From assembly GCA_031263035.1 (NCBI GenBank), contig JAISGP010000142.1, positions 14,224 through 78,223 on the forward strand: a DNA stretch of 64,000 bases, in the 5' to 3' direction. Positions 1-7,909 of the stretch are shown here, piece by piece (the stretch's first letter is position 1; each line of letters starts with the position of its first letter). The position numbers and the translations under genes were made by a program. Below the pieces are notes generated by a model, which saw nothing but the letters and a program-made list of their open reading frames with translations, searched no databases and was not told the origin of the DNA. The DNA comes from Lachnospiraceae bacterium (GTDB lineage: Bacteria; Bacillota; Clostridia; Lachnospirales; Lachnospiraceae).

Positions 1-2762
1 GGAGTGCCTATCTTACTAAAAATGTTTTAGATCAACTTGTGGATCAAGGTAGATCTGAGAGTGATTTTACAGTAATGTATTCAACTAATTATACATCTGA
101 TGAAAATTCTACAGATTGGCAGAATTATGAAACTCTTATGACAGGTGTAGATACTAGTGATGCTGATGCTGTTAAAGCAAAACTAGCACAGGTTAAAACA
201 GTAAAAGTAGTTTATAACAATGCAATACCTGCAACTACTACTGTAGATACTTTTAATATTGAACTTGGTATGCCTCAAGGTGACGAAGCTAAGGTAGCTC
301 AAGGAAATATAGATTTTTATTCATCATATATTCATTATGCAACACCATCAGTTTCAGGATTTAAAACTAGTGAACCTGTAGCCTTAAAGCTTAACACAGG
401 TATTGTATCTGGAAATGTTTATTTAGATAAAACTAGAAATGGTATAATTGATACAGCAGCTGGTGCAGATAAAGATGACGGAAAAGGCCAAGTAGCAGTA
501 AAAGCTTATAAAACTGGGACCAGTGAACTTCTTGATAGTACAGTTACTGCAAATGATGGAAGTTATTCTTTAATTAATCTATCATCAGATCAAGCTGTAG
601 ACATTAAATTTACTAATCCTAAAACGGTTACATCACCTATGGGATTTGTAACAGATTATGCTTCAAATCATAATACAATTAATGATGGAAATACATGGAT
701 AGTGGCGAATATAACTCCAAATAGGGCAGGAAGTAATAGTGTTAATGCACTTCTTCAAGAACCATATAAAGTTATTTTTGATACAATAGGTAATACATCT
801 GGAAATGCCTCAACTGGTGGAACAATAAGTAATCAATATATTTATAGTGGTAAGAAAATAAGTTCAGTAATTTCACCAACCAAACTAGGACAAACCTTTG
901 AAGGGTGGTTTTATAAACCAACTGACATAGGAGATTACGGTTCTTCTTGGACACCATGGAATGTATCTAGTGATATTGTTGATGGTACTTCAATTGTATC
1001 TGACAATGATAGTGATGGAAATACTCTAACCCTTAGAGCAGGTTATAGTGCAAATAGTTATACAGTTTCTTATGTAATGAATGGCGGTTCATATAACGGA
1101 AGCACTCTTATTCCACCAAGTAATCAATCTGTTTTATGGACAAGTACTGGATTAATTAGTACATTTGCAAAAACAGTAACAAGGGCAGGGTATAAACTTA
1201 CTGGATGGAAGGTAACTACCGGAGGAAATACCACATGGAACAACACTGATAAAATTATTACAATATCAAGTGGAGTTGCATCAGACACAGATAATACTAA
1301 AGTAAAATTTAGTGATGTGGCTTCTTCTGATAGTATAATTGGTATTACACTAACAGCCCAATGGGAGAAAAAAGAATATACGCTTAATGCTTCTGATTTT
1401 TCATTTGGCGTTACCCAGCAATCATCTGTAGATGATACTGATTTATCTCTTCAAGATTTTATTTTCTATGGTAATATTTCTTTAACAGATGAGGATGATA
1501 ATACAATTTCATCATTAAATAATATTTCTATTAAAGAAGCAGATAAAGAGGCCTTAGAAACAGCTATAAGTCAAGGAAAACTTGGAAGATATTCAGTAGA
1601 AATTACCAATACATTTAATAATACAACTAAGACTATAAAAGTTCTTCTTGAAGATGTAGGCGCAAGAAATGAAGATGACAAGGATTTTATTTCAGGTAAT
1701 GGAATTATTCTTGGAAGAGACGAGGAAAATATTTCTGGGAAAGAACTTCTTTATAGAGGAGCAGTTAATGCTAAAACTTCTGATGGTACTGTTATAAGTC
1801 GTTCTGATTTATCTGTTGATGCTACAGATTTAGCTTCATTAAATTCAGCTCTTCAAGATGGTTCTACAGATGAAGTAGATGTAAAAGTAAGTACCATCAA
1901 TGGCACAGTAATTACTATACCTGTCTCAATACGCCAATATGGTAGCGGAGTTTTCCCAACTTATTCTGATGATACTTTAAATGGTCAAATTAGTAAAGGA
2001 ACTATTGGCGGAAGTGATTTTGTCATTTCTAATGACACTACTTTAACTGAAGATTTAGCTAAATCTATGGGACTAGCGATTGGAAGGGATTTATTTGCAA
2101 ATGAATACACTAGTAATGAATTAATTGTAGATGGAAGACAACTTCAGACAATTAATGATGATAATAAGGCAAAGGAATCTGGAGTTTATCCTTTGACATT
2201 TAAGACACCAGAGGGAGAGGCAGCAGTTACGATTAATGTAATTATGTATAATGTTGTAACTCCTGAAAGTAATGATGGTAGATTATTTGCAAATAACTTT
2301 ATTTATAACTTAAAAGAGAAGGCATTAAATCCATTAAACCAAGACTTAGCTAAAGAACTATCTAAGGTTAATGGAGCGAATGGGGATAATGTACCATTTG
2401 CAAATGAGGAAATAACAGTTGATGAAACTTCTTGGAATAATCTGATAGCAGAGTATAATGCGAATAAAACAGGAATTTTTAAGCTTACATTTAATGCACC
2501 AGGAGATTTGAGTATCACAATTAATGTAACCCTTGCTAAAGATAAGGTAGACGTGGATAATCAAGGTGGCGGCGGTAAAATTCCACCTAAGGTTATCTAT
2601 AAAAAGAAGGTAGTTACTAAGACAATAACTAAAAATAATATTATCTACAGAACAATAAGCAAAGTTAAAACAGGAGATTATAATAACATACTTTTAATGA
2701 TAGCTTTATTTGCAGCAGCTTTATCTGTAACTGTAGTTATAGTAAAGAAGAAAAGAAAATAG
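1..2762 (+). CDS. Cell-wall-anchored multi-domain surface protein, 5'-truncated by the window edge
   Basis: The frame is open from base 3 with no upstream stop, so the listed GTG at 39 is probably internal. It has an SdrD-B/Cna-B-like segment (GNVYLDKTRNGIID...DGSYSL), two Listeria-Bacteroides type repeats (GQTFEGWFY, GYKLTGWKV) and repeated Ig-like modules ending in ...TINV. The C-terminus is a sorting-signal layout: VKTGD, a hydrophobic helix, then KKKRK. Confidence 0.8.
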   Translation, partial: SAYLTKNVLDQLVDQGRSESDFTVMYSTNYTSDENSTDWQNYETLMTGVDTSDADAVKAKLAQVKTVKVVYNNAIPATTTVDTFNIELGMPQGDEAKVAQGNIDFYSSYIHYATPSVSGFKTSEPVALKLNTGIVSGNVYLDKTRNGIIDTAAGADKDDGKGQVAVKAYKTGTSELLDSTVTANDGSYSLINLSSDQAVDIKFTNPKTVTSPMGFVTDYASNHNTINDGNTWIVANITPNRAGSNSVNALLQEPYKVIFDTIGNTSGNASTGGTISNQYIYSGKKISSVISPTKLGQTFEGWFYKPTDIGDYGSSWTPWNVSSDIVDGTSIVSDNDSDGNTLTLRAGYSANSYTVSYVMNGGSYNGSTLIPPSNQSVLWTSTGLISTFAKTVTRAGYKLTGWKVTTGGNTTWNNTDKIITISSGVASDTDNTKVKFSDVASSDSIIGITLTAQWEKKEYTLNASDFSFGVTQQSSVDDTDLSLQDFIFYGNISLTDEDDNTISSLNNISIKEADKEALETAISQGKLGRYSVEITNTFNNTTKTIKVLLEDVGARNEDDKDFISGNGIILGRDEENISGKELLYRGAVNAKTSDGTVISRSDLSVDATDLASLNSALQDGSTDEVDVKVSTINGTVITIPVSIRQYGSGVFPTYSDDTLNGQISKGTIGGSDFVISNDTTLTEDLAKSMGLAIGRDLFANEYTSNELIVDGRQLQTINDDNKAKESGVYPLTFKTPEGEAAVTINVIMYNVVTPESNDGRLFANNFIYNLKEKALNPLNQDLAKELSKVNGANGDNVPFANEEITVDETSWNNLIAEYNANKTGIFKLTFNAPGDLSITINVTLAKDKVDVDNQGGGGKIPPKVIYKKKVVTKTITKNNIIYRTISKVKTGDYNNILLMIALFAAALSVTVVIVKKKRK

Positions 2763-2776
2763 AGAGTGAAATAGAA

Positions 2777-2825
2777 GAAAGAACAGGGCGAAATTTGTCC
2801 TGTTCTTTCAGTTTAGTTTTTTTTA
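2777..2825 (+). terminator. Intrinsic terminator after the surface protein gene
   Basis: An 11-bp perfect stem GAAAGAACAGG / CCTGTTCTTTC (2777-2787 / 2799-2809) is followed by a T-rich tract ending in T8. Confidence 0.75.
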
Positions 2826-2850
2826 AAATATCGGATAAGATATTGTGCGT

Positions 2851-4191
2851 TTATAAAAACATAGTCATATACACTGGAATATATACTATATTATCTTCAA
2901 CTTTTAAATCCTTGGTATAAATTATATATTTTTTTCCTAATCGCTTATCAAACTTTTTAGTAAATTTATCTAAAGATGCATGTCTTTTATAAGAGGATGA
3001 TTTTACTTCTATAGGGCAGATTTTTCCATTTCGTTCAATTAAAAAATCTATTTCCATTCTATTTTCTGTATTTTCATTATCACTTCTAGAATAAAAATAT
3101 AGTTTGTCACCATTTGCAACAAGCATTTGTGCTACAATGTTTTCAAAAAACATTCCCTCATTGATTCCTAATCTATGGAATAGTATATTTTTATAAACCC
3201 CCTCATCAACTAGCCTTTTATTAGAAAATGCTTGACTAATAAGTAATCCTGTATCAGCCATATAACATTTTAGTGTTATTCTATCTCTGTATAATCCTAG
3301 TCCTGCATTTGGATCAGAGTTGTTATATCAAACATTTATTATTTTAGCTTCACGTAACCAGGTAAATGCATTTTCATAATTTTTCAATCTTGCATCTTTA
3401 CTTATGCTAGACATTTTAAATTTTTTTTCGTGCCTAGATAATTGAGATGGAATATCGTCAAATATGGACATAACTTTAGTTTCATATCTTTCTGCAAATT
3501 TTACCACATCTGTTCTATATAATTTTAAAATATTTCTTTTTTCTCTATCAACATTTTCAAAATTGTTTGACTCAAGAAATTCAACTACAGCTTGAGGCAT
3601 TCCTCCCACTAACATATACTGTCTAAATAAGTCCATTGCTTTTCTATGAATGATACCAACTGGTTTTCTTTCGTTAAAACATTGTTGCAGATATGGATAT
3701 AACATATCATTTCCAATTGCCCATAAGAATTCTTCAAAATCTAATGGATTCATAGCCATTGAAAGCTCTTCTGAGGGAATAAGAATATCTTTAATATTCT
3801 TATAAATAGAAATCAATGAACCTGTTTCTATGTAATCATATCGTCCATCTTCAACTAGATACTTTATCAATTGACGGGCTTTTGGATATAATTGTATCTC
3901 ATCAAAAATAATAATACTTTGTCTTTCATAAAGATGTTTACCAGTAATGGCTTGAAGTTTTAAAAAAAACTGTTCAAGATTACTACTATTATATTCAAAA
4001 AGATCAATTATTTCAGAATCTATTTTTCCAAAATCTAAGAGAATATAACTTTTGTATTCATTCATGGCAAATTGCTTTACTATGGTACTTTTACCAACTC
4101 TTCTTGCACCTTCAAGCATGATGGCAGTTCTTCCATTCCAATAATTTTTCCATTCTACTAATTCATTATATATTTTTCTTTTTAATATCAT
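2851..4191 (-). pseudogene. AAA+ ATPase with C-terminal DUF4143-like domain, interrupted by a single in-frame TGA
   Basis: ORF 3328..4191 carries a Walker A motif (GARRVGKST) and Walker B-like IIIFDEIQ. ORF 2851..3261 is the usual C-terminal part (CYMADTGLL...IDFLIE...PIEVKS). On the minus strand the reading is ...AKIINV-TGA-YNNSDPNAGLGLYRDRITLKCYMADTG, the same frame throughout. Confidence 0.75.
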
Positions 4192-4286
4192 AAATCATAT
4201 CACCTCAAAATATTATTCTAAAGATTAAAAATGATACATGACCATAAAAACCTTAAAGTTTCCTAAATGTTAGAGAATTTACGATT

Positions 4287-4383
4287 ATATTACACGAATT
4301 TAGCAAATTATTCAAGTAGATTATTCACGAATTTAGCAAATCTTTTGAAAGGATTATTCACGAATTTAGTAAATCTTTTGGGG
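4287..4383. repeat. Three tandem ~32-bp direct repeats with core CACGAATTTAG(C/T)AAAT
   Basis: Read directly. The cores start at 4294, 4326 and 4358. Copies 2 and 3 (GATTATTCACGAATTTAG[C/T]AAATCTTTTG) are nearly identical. Confidence 0.85.
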
Positions 4384-4386
4384 CTC

Positions 4387-4406
4387 TTGTAGCAGATTGT
4401 AGCAGA
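4387..4406. repeat. Tandem 10-bp duplication TTGTAGCAGA x2
   Basis: Read directly: cTTGTAGCAGATTGTAGCAGAtgtg. Confidence 0.8.
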
Positions 4407-4410
4407 TGTG

Positions 4411-4560
4411 AAAAGTAGACACTAAAAAAGTTTTTTTATTGTTTTTATTTTTAAAAGTAGACACGGGCAATTTTTTTTGATATTTTTCTTTTTCAAAAGT
4501 AGACATTTTAATTCTTTTTTGCTCATTTTCTTTTACAAGAGTAGATTTAAAAAACTTTTT
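4411..4560. repeat. Four phased repeats (exact 42-bp period): AAAAGTAGACA core followed by a T-tract
   Basis: The cores start at 4411, 4453, 4495 and 4537 (the last is degenerate, AAGAGTAGA). Each is followed about 8-10 nt later by T6-T8. Confidence 0.8.
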
Positions 4561-4742
4561 CTTATATTACTAATTATAAGATATGATTAAGAATTAAAAA
4601 ATAATTAAAAGTCCTTGGAAATATCAAAATATGTATGAAATATGGCAAAAATCTTGAACATATCAAAAACAAGGCATAGACTATGATTAAAAGAAAAATA
4701 ATTAAGAAAAGCGGAATATTGATAAAAGAGGAGAGAGAAATA

Positions 4743-5021
4743 ATGAGTGACAAAATAAATTCAAGTAGTATAGTGGCAGAAGGTGCAATTAATGAACTTG
4801 TGGGAATTGATGTAAATGATTGTAGAGACAAAACCGTAGATTTTCCTTATTCGGAAGGAATAGCAGGAATGAACAATGGCAGAGGTTTTGCGAATAAAAT
4901 TCTTAAAAGCGTTGGCGAGTTTAGTAAGGCTGTTTTAGAACAGGCTAATAAATTTCCAGAAATTGCTAAAGCTATAGAAAATCGTGATAAGGTTGATAGT
5001 ATTAAATGGGAGAGTAAATAA
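4743..5021 (+). CDS. Small alpha-helical LXG-associated protein (T7SS effector partner, TIGR04197/DUF3130-like)
   Basis: 92 aa with RBS AAAGAGGAGAG upstream of the ATG at 4743. It is the first gene of a coupled operon directly upstream of an LXG protein. The family call is by size, position and helical character only. Confidence 0.55.
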   Translation: MSDKINSSSIVAEGAINELVGIDVNDCRDKTVDFPYSEGIAGMNNGRGFANKILKSVGEFSKAVLEQANKFPEIAKAIENRDKVDSIKWESK

Positions 5022-5383
5022 TGGGATATAATAAAAATGACGAAAAAAGAGATGCCATTAGAAGAGAGATAATAAAAATTGAAGAGAAACAAAGTGATGT
5101 TAGACAATATAAAAGATCTTTTGAAAAAGCTATTTCTAATTTTCATTTGAGATATAAAAGTTTAGCACGTGCAAGTGAAAAAGCAGTATATGATTCTATT
5201 TCTCATGGAAACAAAGGTGCAGCCAATATTCTTGATGTTGATAAAGGAATTAATATTAAAATTGATAGGTTGGTTGATGCACAGTTTCATGAGTTAGATA
5301 GCGGATGTAGAAGAGCAATTAGAAAAATGGAAGATGAAAAAGAAGATTTAATAAGAGAAAGGAATCATTTGCAATGGGAGTAA
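5021..5383 (+). CDS. Small coiled-coil LXG-associated protein (YwqH/DUF5082- or DUF3958-like)
   Basis: 120 aa, charged and heptad-like. Its start overlaps the upstream stop (TAATG) and its end overlaps the LXG gene start by 10 nt. Confidence 0.5.
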   Translation: MGYNKNDEKRDAIRREIIKIEEKQSDVRQYKRSFEKAISNFHLRYKSLARASEKAVYDSISHGNKGAANILDVDKGINIKIDRLVDAQFHELDSGCRRAIRKMEDEKEDLIRERNHLQWE

Positions 5384-6909
5384 AATTTTGTACTGCTGAG
5401 TCAGAAAACTTAATAAAGGCTTTAGAGAATAATATAGATATTGCTGATGGGATTGCAGATAGATTATCATCAGGTTCACAGCATCTTTTAGCTACTATTA
5501 ATTCAGGAGAATTACAAGGTGCAGCATTTATGGCAGGGAAGGGATTATTTGAAGAAGTAATTATTCCAGTAATTAAAAAAATATATAAAGCCACTAAGGA
5601 CATAAAAACAGAGCTAGATGCATATAAAGCAGCACATTCTGTTGCTGCACAAGCTACAATAGGTGGTTATGCTGACCTTGACCAATTAAAGGAACAGTTA
5701 AAAATAAAGAAAAGTCAGCTTGAATTAATAGAAGAACAAATAACACAAAACACATATATTATTACTCAAGCAAATCCATTTTTACGTAAGGAGTTATCTG
5801 GTGTAATAAATCAAAATGTTGGATATGAAAAAACAAAAGCACAATTACAAGCTAATATAAGCGACTATCAAACTAGAATTGATAAGCTGGAATGGTTTGT
5901 GAAGGATGTATCTAGATATTTTTCAGATAGTTTAGTTGTGCTAGATGCAGCAATAAAAGGGGCAACGCAGTTAAGTAAGATAAAAGTTGATTCAAATGGC
6001 AAGTATTATACTGATGGTATAGATATGTCATGGCTTTCAACTATTAAGGATGAAAAAATAACTACAAATGAGAGTTCAGTTAAAGTTTTAGCTGACCAGT
6101 ATGGGCTAAAAACAGAAGATGCAGTGATACTTGCTCTTGCATTCGAAAAGTTTAATAAAAGTGATGATAAGGATGACAAAAAGTTCTTGGCTATGATGAC
6201 TTCTTTGTGTGATGGTTATAGAGATGGCTTAAAAAATAAAGTACAGTGGGGGGCTACAGCTAATATAGCGATGAGTTTAAAAGATGCAGAAGCATATTTT
6301 AAAAAATTAGGTCTTAGTGAAATAGAAGTAAAGAGATTATATAAAGTTATTAATGAACAACATAATAAAGTGTCAAATGCAAGTACTCCAAATAATTTAA
6401 AGAAGCGAGACTTTGCCCATGAAATGGCTACATTAGCAGGTTGTACAAACACTTCAGTTCCTCATAGCATATTAAATGCAGTTATGTTTGGACAAATAAA
6501 AGAATTTGCGGGCTATAAAGGTGATATAGGATCTGGAATATTTGACAGAGATGATATGTTATCAGATACGGACGCAATGAATATATATAATCGTTCAAAG
6601 AAAAATAAGAATAATATTGTTAAGGAATTTGGAAAATACAATAAGGAAATAAGCAAGGGGACAACAAATCGTGCTAAAGAATTTTTACGTAACTTAGGTA
6701 ATGGTAATATTAATGAGGGTAAAAAAAATTTAGCTCTCCAGGTTTATTCATATAATGGTGGAGATGAATATATGGCAAATTTGCCTTTTATTGATTGGTC
6801 GATAGGTGAGGATGATAAAGCAAAAAAGAAAATACACACTTATGTGAATAAAAAAACCAGAAAACTTAAGGAATATATGAGGTTTCTAAATGAAGAAATG
6901 GAAAAATAA
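5374..6909 (+). CDS. LXG-domain polymorphic toxin (T7SS substrate) with unassigned C-terminal toxin domain
   Basis: The N-terminus has the LXG-domain pattern (...INSGELQGAAFMAGKGLFEEVIIPVI...) followed by a long helical region. The C-terminal ~280 aa carries no motif I can assign (it contains KRDFAHEMATLAG and the Asp-rich FDRDDMLSDTDAMN). Confidence 0.7.
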   Translation: MGVKFCTAESENLIKALENNIDIADGIADRLSSGSQHLLATINSGELQGAAFMAGKGLFEEVIIPVIKKIYKATKDIKTELDAYKAAHSVAAQATIGGYADLDQLKEQLKIKKSQLELIEEQITQNTYIITQANPFLRKELSGVINQNVGYEKTKAQLQANISDYQTRIDKLEWFVKDVSRYFSDSLVVLDAAIKGATQLSKIKVDSNGKYYTDGIDMSWLSTIKDEKITTNESSVKVLADQYGLKTEDAVILALAFEKFNKSDDKDDKKFLAMMTSLCDGYRDGLKNKVQWGATANIAMSLKDAEAYFKKLGLSEIEVKRLYKVINEQHNKVSNASTPNNLKKRDFAHEMATLAGCTNTSVPHSILNAVMFGQIKEFAGYKGDIGSGIFDRDDMLSDTDAMNIYNRSKKNKNNIVKEFGKYNKEISKGTTNRAKEFLRNLGNGNINEGKKNLALQVYSYNGGDEYMANLPFIDWSIGEDDKAKKKIHTYVNKKTRKLKEYMRFLNEEMEK

Positions 6910-7429
6910 AAAGATAATAATAATGATTTTAGGATTGATAATCATTGTCATAGGTGTAGTAAGCGTTTACATAAAGTATAATCAAGATTTATCAGCTAAT
7001 TACTTAGTTTTACAAAACATTGATAAGCGATATCCACAAATTATTAAAAAGCTAAAAGATAAAAATCAAATAGTTAAATATGATAATCAAACATTATATA
7101 TAATAAAAGAAAACGTAAAATATGAATTTTGGGACTCGGGATTAAGTACTATAAGCACCCCCGAAGGAATAACGTTATTGGACTTTGAAACAAATAAAAA
7201 TGGCAAAGTTAAAACTTTTGTTGCTTCATTATACAGCGGAATTGATTCATTGAGGGCTAGATATGATTTAAAAACTATGAAACGGCATAAACTATTTTAT
7301 GTATTTGATTTGAGTAAATATGAAGATGAACAAATACATAAACATATTTCAAATATAAAAATGGTTCAGTATGTTAAATCTGGGCAGGTTCTTCAAAATA
7401 AAATAAAAAAAGTACTTGAAGAAAGTTAA
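6890..7429 (+). CDS. Putative cognate immunity protein, N-terminally membrane-anchored
   Basis: 179 aa. It overlaps the toxin 3' end by 20 nt. It has a single N-terminal TM helix (KKIIIMILGLIIIVIGVVSVYI) and then a soluble domain. Its position is typical of an LXG immunity gene. Confidence 0.55.
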   Translation: MKKWKNKKIIIMILGLIIIVIGVVSVYIKYNQDLSANYLVLQNIDKRYPQIIKKLKDKNQIVKYDNQTLYIIKENVKYEFWDSGLSTISTPEGITLLDFETNKNGKVKTFVASLYSGIDSLRARYDLKTMKRHKLFYVFDLSKYEDEQIHKHISNIKMVQYVKSGQVLQNKIKKVLEES

Positions 7430-7450
7430 ATGTTATTATTAAATATATAA

Positions 7451-7483
7451 GAAAGAACAGGGTGTAAATTGCTCTGTTCTTTT
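7451..7483 (+). terminator. Intrinsic terminator after the LXG cassette, a near-copy of the hairpin at 2777
   Basis: Stem GAAAGAACAG / CTGTTCTTT(T), followed by a T-rich 3' flank. Confidence 0.65.
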
Positions 7484-7909
7484 ACGTTATTCACAAAAAT
7501 TCCTATCTTTCTTTTTAAACCCATTAACAATACATATGGAATTGGCTTTTTCGATTGCTTTATTCCTATATGGTGTATACAATATGGTTTTTATATTTAT
7601 TGTGGTTGGATATTATAGAAAAAGGCAAAAAGAGAAAGATGAAGAAAACAAATATATTCATAAAAATAGGTGTTCTAATCGAAAGCATAAATATACTAAT
7701 TTGTAACTAGAAAATTTAAGAAGAGTATAAGTGCTACATAAAAATGGGCTGTGGGATACTCTCTAGGTTTTATTGACAAGCAAGAAAATAGATGTATAAC
7801 GCTACTAAGGGCAAGGCCATAAAATATGACCTTGCCCTTAAGCAACTATTCATAAATCTCATATCATTTTTTTAGGTTTACATAAAACTTGAAACACCCT
7901 CAGTAGATG

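Noticed and set aside
3326-3330. Selenocysteine or an alternative genetic code (TGA as a sense codon) in the DUF4143 ATPase.
   Set aside because: I saw no SECIS-like hairpin immediately downstream. The protein family is not a selenoprotein family. Other genes in the window terminate normally at TGA (for example ogg at 11363-11365 and the isomerase at 20373-20375).
4287-4560. Possible CRISPR array, because of regularly spaced repeats.
   Set aside because: The conserved cores are only ~11-16 nt. The material between them is partly conserved and T-rich rather than unique spacers. The repeat units (32 and 42 bp in total) do not fit a repeat-plus-spacer geometry. No cas genes are present.
2773-7484. 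Calling the ATPase/LXG block a mobile genetic element.
   Set aside because: There is no integrase, transposase, recombinase, tRNA attachment site or terminal inverted repeats. Only the duplicated terminator-like hairpins are present, so it is reported as a finding rather than as a mobile_element feature.
7536-7706. 56-aa ORF (MELAFSIALFLYGVYNMVFIFIVVGYYRKRQKEKDEE...) with one TM helix in the gap before mutS2.
   Set aside because: There is no Shine-Dalgarno sequence upstream of the ATG and no recognisable family. It lies after the cassette terminator. I kept it only as a note.
7772-7843. TTGACA, 16-nt spacer, TATAAC promoter-like sequence followed by a 10-bp hairpin (AAGGGCAAGG / CCTTGCCCTT), as a possible tiny RNA antisense to the mutS2 3' end.
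   Set aside because: The hairpin is most simply the mutS2 3' stem-loop. Promoter-like hexamers are frequent in AT-rich DNA. Nothing else supports an RNA here.
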